Positions 38,716-53,400 are shown, numbered from the stretch's first letter. The stretch: 64,000 bases of DNA from Balanoglossus misakiensis (GCA_040954595.2 CM082590.2:3844001-3908000); one strand, 5' to 3'. Translations and numbers: made by a program. The notes: generated from the letters alone by a model not told the origin.

Positions 38716-41700
38716 CTAAAATTTCCATGGTTGCTTCCAAACAGCCTCGTTTAATTACTGAATTCTGTTGTGAGGCACAGAACACATAGATATGCCTATG
38801 TGCATAAGAAAGTTTTCCACTAGACTCTGTAGATCGACGGATAGTTCTAAAATTTCCATGGTTGCTTCCAAACAGCCTCGTTTATTTACAGAATTCTGTT
38901 TTGAGGCGCAGAACACATACATAGGCCTATGTGCATAAGTAAGTTTTCCACTAGACTCTGTAGATCATGAGATAGTTCTAAAATTTCCATGGTTGCTTCC
39001 AAACCCCACCTCGTGTGTTTACAAAATTCTGTTGTGATGCGCATAACACATGATAGGCCTATGCGCATAAGAAAGTTTTCCACTAGACTCTGTAGATCGA
39101 CGGATAGTTCTAAAATTTCCATGGTTGCTTCCAAACCCCGCCTCGTTTGTTTACAAAATTCTGTTGTGATGCGCATAACACATGATAGGCCTATGCGCAT
39201 AAGAACGTTTTCCAATAGCCTCTGTAGATCGACGGATAGTTCTAAAATTCCCATGGTTGCTTCCAAACCCCGCCTCGTTTGTTTACCGAATTCTGTTGTG
39301 ATGCGCAGAACACATATATAGGCCTATGCGCATAAGAACGTTTTCCACTAGACTCTGTAGATCGACGGATAGCTGTAAAATTTCCATGTTTGCTTCCAAA
39401 CAGCCTCGTTTATTTACGGAATTCTGTTTTGAGGCGCACAACACATAGATAGGCTTATGCGCATAAGAATGTTTTCTACTAGACTCTGTAGATCGAGAGA
39501 TAGTTCTAAAATGTTCATGGTTGCTTCCAAACCCCGCCTCGTTTGTTTACTGAATTCTGTTGTGATACGCAGAACACATAGGTAGGCTTAGCGCATAAGA
39601 TAGTTTTCCACTGTAGATCGACGGATAGTTCTAAAATGTCCATGGTTGCTTCCAAACAAAGCCTCGTTTGTTTATAAAATTCTGTTGTGATGCGCATAAC
39701 ACATAGATAGGCCTATGTGCGTAAAAACGTTTTCCACTAGAATCTGTAGATCGACGGATAGTTCTAAAATTCCCATGATTGCTTCCAAACCCCGCCTAGT
39801 TTGTTTCCCGAATTCTGTTGTGGTGCGCAGAACACATAGATAGGCTTATGCGCATAAAAAAGTTTTCTACTAGACTCTGTAGATCGAGAGATAGTTCTAA
39901 AATTTCCATGGTTGCTTCCAAACCCCGCCTCGTTTGTTTACTGAATTCCGTTGTGATACGCAGAACACATAGATAGGCTTATGCGCATAAGAATGTTTTC
40001 TACTAGACTCTGTAGATCGAGAGATAGTTCTAAAATTTTCATGGTTGCTTCCAAACCCCGCCTCGTTTGTTTACTGAATTCTGTTTTGAGGCGCATAACA
40101 CATGATGGGCCTATGCGCATGAGAATGTTTTCTACTAGACTCTGTAGATCGAGAGATAGTTCTAAAATTTCCATGGTTGCTTCCAAACCCCGCCTCGTTT
40201 GTTTACCGAATTCTGTTGTGATGCGCAGAACACATATATAGGCCTATGCGCATAAGAACGTTTTCCACTAAACTCTGTAGATCGACGGATAGCTGTAAAA
40301 TTTCCATGTTTGCTTCCAAACAGCCTCGTTTATTTACGGAATTCTGTTTTGAGGCGCAGAACACATAGATAGGCTTATGCGCATAAGAATGTTTTCTACT
40401 AGACTCTGTAGATCGAGAGATAGTTCTAAAATTTCCATGGTTGCTTCCAAACCCCGCCTCGTTTGTTTACTGAATTCCGTTGTGATACGCAGAACACATA
40501 GATATGCCTATGTGCATAAGAAAGTTTTCCACTAGATTCTGTAGATCGAGAGATAGTTCTAAAATTTCCATTGTTGCTTCCAAACACAGCCTCGTTTATT
40601 AACAACATTCTGTTGTGATGCGCAGAACACATAGATAGGCCCATGCGCATAGGAACGTTTTCCACTAGACTCTGTAGATCGAGAGATAGTTCTAAAATTT
40701 CCATGGTTTCTTCCAAACAGCCTCGTTTATTTACGGAATTCTGTTTTGAGGCGCAGAACACATACATAGGCCTATGTGCAAAGAAAGTTTTCCACTATAC
40801 TCTGTAGATCGAGAGATAGTTTTAAAATTTCAATGGTTGCTTCCAAACACAGCCTCGTTTGTTAACAAAATTATGTTGTGATGCGCAGAATACATAGATA
40901 GGCCAATGCGCATAAGATAGTTTTCCACTGTAGATCGACGGATAGTTCTAAAATGTCCATGGTTGCTTCCAAACAAAGCCTCGTTTGTTTATAAAATTCT
41001 GTTGTGATGCGCATAACACATGATAGGCCTATGCGCATAAGAAAGTTTTCCACTAGACTCTGTAGATCGACGGATAGTTCTAAAATTTCCATGGTTGCTT
41101 CCAAACCCCGCCTCGTTTGTTTACAAAATTCTGTTGTGATGCGCATAACACATGATAGGCCTATGCGCATAAGAACGTTTTCCAATAGCCTCTGTAGATC
41201 GACGGATAGTTCTAAAATTCCCATGGTTGCTTCCAAACCCCGCCTCGTTTGTTGACCGAATTCTGTTGTGATGCGCAGAACACATATATAGGCCTATGCG
41301 CATAAGAACGTTTTCCACTAGACTCTGTAGATCGACGGATAGCTGTAAAATTTCCATGTTTGCTTCCAAACAGCCTCGTTTATTTACGGAATTCTGTTTT
41401 GAGGCGCACAACACATAGATAGGCTTATGCGCATAAGAATGTTTTCTACTAGACTCTGTAGATCGAGAGATAGTTCTAAAATGTTCATGGTTGCTTCCAA
41501 ACCCCGCCTCGTTTGTTTACTGAATTCTGTTGTGATACGCAGAACACATAGGTAGGCTTAGCGCATAAGATAGTTTTCCACTGTAGATCGACGGATAGTT
41601 CTAAAATGTCCATGGTTGCTTCCAAACAAAGCCTCGTTTGTTTATAAAATTCTGTTGTGATGCGCATAACACATAGATAGGCCTATGTGCGTAAAAACGT

Positions 41701-43518
41701 TTTCCACTAGAATCTGTAGATCGACGGATAGTTCTAAAATTCCCATGATTGCTTCCAAACCCCGCCTAGTTTGTTTCCCGAATTCTGTTGTGGTGCGCAG
41801 AACACATAGATAGGCTTATGCGCATAAAAAAGTTTTCTACTAGACTCTGTAGATCGAGAGATAGTTCTAAAATTTCCATGGTTGCTTCCAAACCCCGCCT
41901 CGTTTGTTTACTGAATTCCGTTGTGATACGCAGAACACATAGATAGGCTTATGCGCATAAGAATGTTTTCTACTAGACTCTGTAGATCGAGAGATAGTTC
42001 TAAAATTTTCATGGTTGCTTCCAAACCCCGCCTCGTTTGTTTACTGAATTCTGTTTTGAGGCGCATAACACATGATGGGCCTATGCGCATGAGAATGTTT
42101 TCTACTAGACTCTGTAGATCGAGAGATAGTTCTAAAATTTCCATGGTTGCTTCCAAACCCCGCCTCGTTTGTTTACCGAATTCTGTTGTGATGCGCAGAA
42201 CACATATATAGGCCTATGCGCATAAGAACGTTTTCCACTAAACTCTGTAGATCGACGGATAGCTGTAAAATTTCCATGTTTGCTTCCAAACAGCCTCGTT
42301 TATTTACTGAATTCCGTTGTGATACGCAGAACACATAGATATGCCTATGTGCATAAGAAAGTTTTCCACTAGATTCTGTAGATCGAGAGATAGTTCTAAA
42401 ATTTCCATTGTTGCTTCCAAACACAGCCTCGTTTATTAACAACATTCTGTTGTGATGCGCAGAACACATAGATAGGCCCATGCGCATAGGAACGTTTTCC
42501 ACTAGACTCTGTAGATCGAGAGATAGTTCTAAAATTTCCATGGTTTCTTCCAAACAGCCTCGTTTATTTACGGAATTCTGTTTTGAGGCGCAGAACACAT
42601 ACATAGGCCTATGTGCAAAGAAAGTTTTCCACTAGACTCTGTAGATCGAGAGATAGTTTTAAAATTTCAATGGTTGCTTCCAAACACAGCCTCGTTTGTT
42701 AACAAAATTATGTTGTGATGCGCAGAATACATAGATAGGCCAATGCGCATAAGATAGTTTTCCACTGTAGATCGACGGATAGTTCTAAAATGTCCATGGT
42801 TGCTTCCAAACAAAGCCTCGTTTGTTTATAAAATTCTGTTGTGATGCGCATAACACATAGATAGGCCTATGTGCGTAAGAACGTTTTCCATTAGACTCTG
42901 TAGATCGACGGATAGTTCTAAAATTTCCATGGTTGCTTCCAAATACAGCCTCGTTTATTTACCGAATTCTGTTGTGATGCGCAGAACATATTCATAGGCC
43001 TATGTGCATAAGCAAGTTTTCCACTAGTCACTGTACATCGAGATATAGTTCTAAAATTTCCATGGTTGTTTCCAAACACAGCCTCGTTTATTTACAAAAT
43101 TCTGTTGTGATGCGCACAACACATAGATAGGCCTATGCGCATAAGAACGTTTTCCACTAGACTCTGTAGATCGACGGATAGGTCTAAAATTTCCATGGTT
43201 GCTTCCAAACAGCCTCGTTTATATACCGAATTCTGTAGTGATGCGTAGAACACATAGATATGCCTATGCGCATAAGAACGTTTTCCACTAGACTCCGTAG
43301 ATCGACGGATAGTTCTAAAATTTCCATGGTTGCTTCCAAACAGCCTCGTGTATTTACGGAATTCTGTTGGGAGGCGCAGAACACATAGATAGGCCTATGT
43401 GCATAAGAAAGTTTTCCACTATAGACTCTGTAGATCGAGAGATAGTTCTAAAATTTCCATGGTTGCTTCCAAACACAGCCTCGTTTGTTTACCGAATTCT
43501 GTTGTGAGGCGCAGAACA
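38716..43518. repeat. ~131-bp satellite, proximal block with ~1970-bp (15-mer) higher-order duplication
   Basis: Monomer ctaaaatttccatggttgcttccaaacagcctcgttt...gataggcctatgcgcataagaaagttttccactagactctgtagatcgacggatagtt; identical ORF-track artefacts offset by 1970 bp (39515/41485, 39938/41908). Confidence 0.97.
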
Positions 43519-44456
43519 TGTATGGGAAGAAAATTCTTATTCGAATAGGCCAACCCCTTAGCTACCAAAATACCCGGGGTTAAGCGTGTCGTTTATCAGA
43601 AATACAACCTAAAACTCCAGTAAGATATTTATACGGTACTTTCACTGGAATAACCATTTCATTTCCAGGTGGAATGTTAACATCAACATTGGTTCTTAAC
43701 GGTACGTCTGATTGTAATCTTAAATTATTATACATCTAGTGCCGAGAACAATAGTTTTTGGCGTGCAATAAAAAGCCGTACGGAACGGTACGTACGGAAC
43801 GCGCGTTAAATAAGTTTTAGGTTTCAAGGCGCCCCAACTCACCGTGTACAGGTATGCGTTGTTAAGCGGACGGTTTCAAGACACCCCCACTCTAACGCAC
43901 GCGCACGTACGTAAACAAAAAAGAAAGATGGCTGCTCACTGAGCGGTTTTCGATCGATTGTATCGGCATTTTGGGCGTTTTGAAAGCCAAGTAACATGCA
44001 AAACAAGAACTATCGGAGATGTAAGATGTATAATAATAAGGTTATTACGAAAATACCGCAAAGTATGCACTCGGACATTAGCGCAGCGCATCGCCCTCCG
44101 CTACGCGTCGGGCGATACTCAGCGCTAATGTCCTCGTGCATACTTTGCGGTATTTTCGTAATAACCTCATAATATTACCCATGAAATCAATAACAGCTCT
44201 ATAACGCTTCATAAAATCAAGTCCCAAAATCAGATTATGCTGAAGAGACTCAACTAAATTAACATACAGTAATACACGCTTATTCCCAATAAAAGCAGGT
44301 ATTTTCATAAATCCAAATACCTTCAATTTGTCTTCGTTTGCCGGTTGTACACAATTATATCTGGACTTGAACATCGGATAATTCTTAAGAGCGGGTACTA
44401 GCTCTAACAACCGAATAGGAGCTACAGTAATATTTGCTCCAGTATTAATTAGTTGA
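43519..44456 (-). mobile_element. Gypsy-like retropepsin/pol fragment interrupting the satellite
   Basis: LINTGANITV...HNLILGLDFMKRYRAVIDFMGNI, continuing after a nested insertion as LRLQSDVPLRTNVDVNIPPGNEMVIPVKV and, shifted, PGILVAKGLAY; catalytic DTG reads NTG; no LTRs. Confidence 0.75.
43722..44170. mobile_element. Hairpin-ended non-autonomous element (Crypton-like), copy C, nested in the protease fragment
   Basis: Near-perfect palindrome ggttattacgaaaataccgcaaagtatgcac...gtgcatactttgcggtattttcgtaataacc (~44040-44167); IR ttattatacatct (~43725) / agatgtataataa (~44024). Confidence 0.65.
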
Positions 44457-47400
44457 ATAGTTGTAAAATTTCCATGGTTGCTTCCAAACAGCCTCGTTTA
44501 TTTACCGATTTCTGTTGTGATGCGCATAACACATAGATAGGCCTATGCGCATAAGATCGTTTGCCACTAGACTCTGTAGATCTACGGATAGTTGTAAAAT
44601 TTCCATGGTTGCTTCCAAACAGCCTCGTTTATTTACCGAATTCTGTTGTGATGCGCAGAACACATATATAGGCCTATGCGCATAAGAACGTTTTCCACTA
44701 GACTCTGTAGATCGACGGATAGTTGTAAAATTTTCATGGTTGCTTCCAAACAGCCTCGTTTATTTACCGATTTCTGTTGTGAGGCGCAGAACACATGATA
44801 GGCCTATGCGCATAAGACATTTTGCCACTAGACTCTGTAGATCGACGGATAGTTCTAAAATTTCCATGGTTGCTTCCAAACAGCCTCGTTTATTTACCGA
44901 ATTCTGTTGTTAGGCGCAGAACACGTAATAGGCCTATGCGCATAAGAAAGTTTTCCACCAGACTCTGTAGATCGACGGATAGTTCTGAAATTTCCATGAT
45001 TGCTTCCAAACACATCCTCGATTGTTTACAAAATTCTGTTGTGATGCGCAGAACACATATATAGGCCTATGCGCATATGAACGTTTTCCACTATACTCCG
45101 TAGATCGACAGATAGTTCTAAAATTTCCATTGTTGCTTCCAAACAAAGCCTCGTTTGTTTACAAAATTATGTTGTGATGTGCATAACACATGATAGGCCT
45201 ATGCGCATATGAACGTTTTCCACTATACTCTGTAGATCGAGAGATAGTTCTAGAATTTCCATGTTTGCTTCCAAACAGCATCATTTATTTACGGAATTCT
45301 GTTTTGAGGCGCAGAACACATAGATTGGCATATGTGCATAAGAAAGTTTTCCACTATAGACTCTGTAGATCGACGGATAGTTCTTAAATTTCCATGGTTG
45401 CTTCCAAACACATCCTTGTTTGTTTACAAAATTCTGTTGTGAGGCGCAGAACACATAGATAGGCCTATGCGCATATGAACGTTTTCCACTATACTCTGTA
45501 AATCGAGAGATAGTTATAAAATTTCCATGGTTGCTTCCAAACAGCCTCGTTTATTTACCGAATTCTGTTGTGAGGCGCAGAACACATAGATAGGCCTATG
45601 TGCATAAGAACGTTTTCCACTAGACTCTGTAGATCGAGAGATAGTTCGAAAATTTCCATGGTTGCTTCCAAACACAGCCTCGTTTCTTTACGAAATTCTG
45701 TTGGGAGGCGCAGAACACATAGATAGGCCTATGCGCATAAGAACGTTTTCCACTAGACTATGTAGATCGACGGATAGCTGTAAAATTTCCATGTTTGCTT
45801 CCAAACAGCCTCGTTTATTTACGGAATTCTGCTTTGAGGCGCAGAACATATAGATAGGCATATGTGCATAAGAAAGTTTTCCACTATAGACTCTGTAGAT
45901 CGAGAGATAGTTCTAAAATTTCCATGGTTGCTTCCAAACACAGCCTTGTTTGTTTACAAAATTCTGTTGTGATGCGCAGAAAACATATATAGGCCTATGC
46001 GCATAAGAAAGTTTTCCACTAGACTCTGTAGATCGACGGATAGCTGTAAAATTTCCATGGTTGCTTCCAAACTGCCTCGTTTATTTACCGATTTCTGTTG
46101 TGAGGCGCAGAACACATGATAGGCCTATGCGCACAAGACATTTTTCCACTAGACTCTGTAGATCGACGGATAGTTCTAACATTTCCATGGTTGCTTCCAA
46201 ATAGCCTCGTTTATTTACCGAATTCTGTTGTGAGGCGCAGAACACGTAATAGGCCTATGCGCATAAGAAATTTTTCCACTAGACTCTGTAGATCGACGAT
46301 AGTTGTAAAATTTCCATGGTTGCTTCCAAATAGCCTCGTTTATTTACCGAATTCTGTTGTGAGGCGCAGAACACGTAATAGGCCTATGCGCATAAGAAAG
46401 TTTTCCACTAGACTCCGTAGATCGACGAATAGTTCTAAAATGTCCATGGTTGCTTCCAAACAAAGCCTCGTTTGTTTACAAAATTCTGTTGTGATGCGCA
46501 GAACACATAGATAGGCCTATACGCATATGAACGTTTTCCACTATACTCTGTAGATCGAGAGATAGTTCTAAAATTTCCATGTTTGCTTCCAAACAGCCTC
46601 GTTTATTTACGGAATTCTGTTTTGAGGCGCAGAACACATAGATAGGCATATGTGCATAAGAAAGTTTTCCACTATAGACTCTGTAGATCGAGAGATAGTT
46701 CTAAAATTTCCATGGTTGCTTCCAAACACAGCCTTGTTTGTTTACAAAATTCTGTTGTGATGCGCAGAAAACATATATAGGCCTATGCGCATAAGAAAGT
46801 TTTCCACTAGACTCTGTAGATCGACGGATAGCTGTAAAATTTCCATGGTTGCTTCCAAACTGCCTCGTTTATTTACCGATTTCTGTTGTGAGGCGCAGAA
46901 CACATGATAGGCCTATGCGCACAAGACATTTTTCCACTAGACTCTGTAGATCGACGGATAGTTCTAACATTTCCATGGTTGCTTCCAAATAGCCTCGTTT
47001 ATTTACCGAATTCTGTTGTGAGGCGCAGAACACGTAATAGGCCTATGCGCATAAGAAATTTTTCCACCAGACTCTGTAGATCGACGATAGTTGTAAAATT
47101 TCCATGGTTGCTTCCAAATAGCCTCGTTTATTTACCGAATTCTGTTGTGAGGCGCAGAACACGTAATAGGCCTATGCGCATAAGAAAGTTTTCCACTAGA
47201 CTCCGTAGATCGACGAATAGTTCTAAAATGTCCATGGTTGCTTCCAAACAAAGCCTCGTTTGTTTACAAAATTCTGTTGTGATGCGCAGAACACATAGAT
47301 AGGCCTATACGCATATGAACGTTTTCCACTATACTCTGTAGATCGAGAGATAGTTCTAAAATTTCCATGTTTGCTTCCAAACAGCCTCGTTTATTTACGG

Positions 47401-50400
47401 AATTCTGTTTTGAGGCGCAGAACACATAGATAGGCATATGTGCATAAGAAAGTTTTCCACTATAGACTCTGTAGATCGAGAGATAGTTCTAAAATTTCCA
47501 TGGTTGCTTCCAAACACAGCCTCGTTTGTTTACAAAATTCTGTTGTGATGCGCAGAACACATATATAGGCCTATGCGCATAAGAACGTTTTCCACTAGAC
47601 TCTGTAGATCGACGGATAGTTGTAAAATTTTCATGGTTGCTTCCAAACAGCCTCGTTTATTTACCGATTTCTGTTGTGAGGCGCAGAACACATAGATAGG
47701 CCTATGCGCATAAGAAACTTTTGAACTTTAGATCAACGGATAGTTCTAAAATTTCCATGGTTGTTTCCAAACAGCCTCGTTTATTTACAGAATTCTGTTG
47801 TGATGCGTAGAACACATACATATGCCTAGGGGCATAAGAAAGTTTTCCCCTAGACTCCGTAGATCGACGAATAGTTCTAAAATGTCCATGGTTGCTTCCA
47901 AACAAAGCCTCGTTTGTTTACAAAATTCTGTTGTGATGCGCAGAACACATAGATAGGCCTATGCGCATATGAACGTTTTCCACTATACTCTGTAGATCGA
48001 GAGATAGTTCTAAAATTTCCATTGTTGCTTCCAAACAGCCTCGTTTATTTACGGAATTCTGTTTTGAGGCGCAGAACACATAGATAGGCATATGTGCATA
48101 AGAAAGTTTTCCACTATAGACTCTGTAGATCGAGAGATAGTTCTAAAATTTCCATGGTTGCTTCCAAACACAGCCTCGTTTGTTTACAAAATTCTGTTGT
48201 GATGCGCAAAACACATATATAGGCCTATGCGCATAAGAACGTTTTCCACTAGACTCTGTAGATCGACGGATAGCTGTAAAATTTCCATGTTTGCTTCCAA
48301 ACAGCCTCGTTTATTTACGGAATTCTGTTTTGAGGCGCAGAACACATAGATAGGCATATGTGCATAAGAAAGTTTTCCACTATAGACTCTGTAGATCGAG
48401 AGATAGTTCTAAAATTTCCATGGTTGCTTCCAAACAGCCTCGTTTATTTACGGAATTCTGCTTTGAGGCGCAGAACACATAGATAGGCATATGTGCATAA
48501 GAAAGTTTTCCACTATAGACTCTGTAGATCGAGAGATAGTTCTGAAATTTCCATGGTTGCTTCCAAACACAGCCTTGTTTGTTTACAAAATTCTGTTGTG
48601 ATGCGCAGAAAACATATATAGGCCTATGCACATAAGAAAGTTTTCCACTAGACTCTGTAGATCGACGGATAGCTGTAAAATTTCCATGGTTGCTTCCAAA
48701 CTGCCTCGTTTATTTACCGATTTCTGTTGTGAGGCGCAGAACACATAGATAGGCCTATGCGCATAAGAAACTTTTCAACTTTAGATCAACGGATAGTTCT
48801 AAAATTTCCATGGTTGTTTCCAAACAGCCTCGTTTATTTACCGAATTATGTTGTGATGCGTAGAACACATACATATGCCTATGCGCATAAGAAAGTTTTC
48901 CACTAGACTCCGTAGATCGACGAATAGTTCTAAAATGTCCATGGTTGCTTCCAAACAAAGCCTCGTTTGTTTACAAAATTCTGTTGTGATGCGCAGAACA
49001 CATAGATAGGCATATACGCATATGAACGTTTTCCACTATACTCTGTAGATCGAGAGATAGTTCTAAAATTTCCATGTTTGCTTCCAAACAGCCTCGTTTA
49101 TTTACGGAATTCTGTTTTGAGGCGCAGAACACATAGATAGGCATATGTGCATAAGAAAGTTTTCCACTATAGACTCTGTAGATCGAGAGATAGTTCTAAA
49201 ATTTCCATGGTTGCTTCCAAACACAGCCTCGTTTGTTTACAAAATTCTGTTGTGATGCGCAGAACACATATATAGGCCTATGCGCATAAGAACGTTTTCC
49301 ACTAGACTCTGTAGATCGACGGATAGTTGTAAAATTTTCATGGTTGCTTCCAAACAGCCTCGTTTATTTACCGATTTCTGTTGTGAGGCGCAGAACACAT
49401 GATAGGCCTATGCGCATAAGACATTTTGCCACTAGACTCTGTAGATCGACGGATAGTTCTAAAATTTCCATGGTTGCTTCCAAACAGCCTCGTTTATTTA
49501 CCGAATTCTGTTGTTAGGCGCAGAACACGTAATAGGCATATGCGCATAAGAAAGTTTTCCACCAGACTCTGTAGATCGACGGATAGTTCTGAAATTTCCA
49601 TGATTGCTTCCAAACACATCCTCGATTGTTTACAAAATTCTGTTGTGATGCGCAGAACACATATATAGGCCTATGCGCATATGAACGTTTTCCACTATAC
49701 TCCGTAGATCGACAGATAGTTCTAAAATTTCCATTGTTGCTTCCAAACAAAGCCTCGTTTGTTTACAAAATTATGTTGTGATGTGCATAACACATGATAG
49801 GCCTATGCGCATATGAACGTTTTCCACTATACTCTGTAGATCGAGAGATAGTTCTAGAATTTCCATGTTTGCTTCCAAACAGCATCATTTATTTACGGAA
49901 TTCTGTTTTGAGGCGCAGAACACATAGATTGGCATATGTGCATAAGAAAGTTTTCCACTATAGACTCTGTAGATCGACGGATAGTTCTTAAATTTCCATG
50001 GTTGCTTCCAAACACATCCTTGTTTGTTTACAAAATTCTGTTGTGAGGCGCAGAACACATAGATAGGCCTATGCGCATATGAACGTTTTCCACTATACTC
50101 TGTAGATCGAGAGATAGTTCTAAAATTTCCATTGTTGCTTCCAAACAGCCTCGTTTATTTACGGAATTCTGTTTTGAGGCGCAGAACACATAGATAGGCA
50201 TATGTGCATAAGAAAGTTTTCCACTGTAGACTCTGTAGATCGAGAGATAGTTCTAAAATTTACATGGTTGCTTCCAAACACAGCCTCGTTTGTTTACAAA
50301 ATTCTGTTGTGATGCGCAAAACACATATATAGGCCTATGCGCATAAGAACGTTTTCCACTAGACTCTGTAGATCGACGGATAGCTGTAAAATTTCCATGG

Positions 50401-53400
50401 TTGCTTCCAAACAGCCTCGTTTATTTACGGAATTCTGCTTTGAGGCGCAGAACACATAGATAGGCATATGTGCATAAGAAAGTTTTCCACTATAGACTCT
50501 GTAGATCGAGAGATAGTTCTAAAATTTCAATGGTTGCTTCCAAACACAGCCTTGTTTGTTTACAAAATTCTGTTGTGATGCGCAGAAAACATATATAGGC
50601 CTATGCGCATAAGAAAGTTTTCCACTAGACTCTGTAGATCGACGGATAGCTGTAAAATTTCCATGGTTGCTATCAAACTGCCTCGTTTATTTACCGATTT
50701 CTGTTGTGAGGCGCAGAACACATGATAGGCCTATGCGCACAAGACATTTTTCCACTAGACTCTGTTGATCGACGGATAGTTCTAACATTTCCATGGTTGC
50801 TTCCAAATAGCCTCGTTTATTTACCGAATTCTGTTGTGAGGCGCAGAACACGTAATAGGCCTATGCGCATAAGAAAATTTTCCACCAGACTCTGTAGATC
50901 GACGATAGTTGTAAAATTTCCATGGTTCCTTTCAAACAGCCTCGTTTATTTACCGATTTCTGTTGTGAGGCGCAGAACACATAGATAGGCCTATGCGCAT
51001 AAGAAACTTTTCAACTTTAGATCAACGGATAGTTCTAAAATTTCCATGGTTGTTTCCATACAGCCTCGTTTATTTACCGAATTCTGTTGTGATGCGTAGA
51101 ACACATACATATGCCTATGCGCATAAGAAAGTTTTCCACTAGACTCCGTAGATCGACGAATAGTTCTAAAATGTCCATGGTTGCTTCCAAACAAAGCCTC
51201 GTTTGTTTACAAAATTCTGTTGTGATGCGCAGAAGACATAGATAGGCCTATACGCATATGAACGTTTTCCACTATACATTGTACTCTGTAGATCGAGAGA
51301 TAGTTCTAAAATTTCCATGTTTGCTTCCAAACAGCCTCGTTTATTTACGGAATTCTGTTTTGAGGCGCAGAACACATAGATAGGCATATGTGCATAAGAA
51401 AGTTTTCCACTATAGACTCTGTAGATCGAGAGATAGTTCTAAAATTTCCATGGTTGCTTCCAAACACAGCCTCGTTTGTTTACAAAATTCTGTTGTGATG
51501 CGCAGAACACATATATAGGCCTATGCGCATAAGAACGTTTTCCACTAGACTCTGTAGATCGATGGATAGTTGTAAAATTTTCATGGTTGCTTCCAAACAG
51601 CCTCGTTTATTTACCGATTTCTGTTGTGAGGCGCAGAACACATGATAGGCCTATGCGCATGAGACATTTTGCCACTAGACTCTGTAGATCGACGGATAGT
51701 TCTAAAATTTCCATGGTTGCTTCCAAACAGCCTCGTTTATTTACCGAATTCTGTTGTTAGGCGCAGAACACGTAATAGGCCTATGCGCATAAGAAAGTTT
51801 TCCACCAGACTCTGTAGATCGACGGATAGTTCTGAAATGTCCATGATTGCTTCCAAATACATCCTCGATTGTTTACAAAATTCTGTTGTGATGCGCAGAA
51901 CACATATATAGGCCTATGCGCATATGAACGTTTTCCACTATACTCCGTAGATCGAGAGATAGTTCTACAATTTCCATGTTTGCTTCCAAACAAAGCCTCG
52001 TTTGTTTACAAAATTATGTTGTGATGTGCATAACACATGATAGGCCTATGCGCATATGAACGTTTTCCACTATACTCTGTAGATCGAGAGATAGTTCTAG
52101 AATTTCCATGTTTGCTTCCAAACAGCATCATTTATTTACGGAATTCTGTTTTGAGGCGCAGAACACATAGATTGGCATATGTGCATAAGAAAGTTTTCCA
52201 CTATAGACTCTGTAGATTGACGGATAGTTCTGAAATGTCCATGATTGCTTCCAAACACATCCTCGATTGTTTACAAAATTCTGTTGTGATGCGCAGAACA
52301 CATATATAGGCCTATGCGCATAAGAATGTTTTCCACTAGACTCTGTAGATCGACGGATAGTTGTAAAATTTCCATGGTTGCTTCCAAACAGCCTCGTTTA
52401 TTTACCGATTTCTGTTGTGAGGCGCAGAACACATGATAGGCCTATGCGCACAAGACATTTTCCCACTAGACTCTGTAGATCGACGGATAGTTCTAACATT
52501 TCCATGGTTGCTTCCAAATAGCCTCGTTTATTTACCGAATTCTGTTGTGAGGCGCAGAACACGTAATAGGCCTATGCGCATATGAAATTTTTCCACCAGA
52601 CTCTGTAGATCGACGATAGTTGTAAAATTTCCATGGTTCCTTTCAAACAGCCTCGTTTATTTACCGATTTCTGTTGTGAGGCGCAGAACACATAGATAGG
52701 CCTATGCGCATAAGAAACTTTTCAACTTTAGATCAACGGATAGTTCTAAAATTTCCATGGTTGTTTCCATACAGCCTCGTTTATTTACCGAATTCTGTTG
52801 TGATGCGTAGAACACATACATATGCCTATGCGCATAAGAAAGTTTTCCACTAGACTCCGTAGATCGACGAATAGTTCTAAAATGTCCATGGTTGCTTCCA
52901 AACAAAGCCTCGTTTGTTTACAAAATTCTGTTGTGATGCGCAGAAGACATAGATAGGCCTATACGCATATGAACGTTTTCCACTATACTCTGTAGATCGA
53001 GAGATAGTTCTAAAATTTCCATGTTTGCTTCCAAACAGCCTCGTTTATTTACGGAATTCTGTTTTGAGGCGCAGAACACATAGATAGGCATATGTGCATA
53101 AGAAAGTTTTCCACTATAGACTCTGTAGATCGAGAGATAGTTCTAAAATTTCCATGGTTGCTTCCAAACACAGCCTCGTTTGTTTACAAAATTCTGTTGT
53201 GATGCGCAGAACACATATATAGGCCTATGCGCATAAGAACGTTTTCCACTAGACTCTGTAGATCGATGGATAGTTGTAAAATTTTCATGGTTGCTTCCAA
53301 ACAGCCTCGTTTATTTACCGATTTCTGTTGTGAGGCGCAGAACACATGATAGGCCTATGCGCATAAGACATTTTGCCACTAGACTCTGTAGATCGACGGA

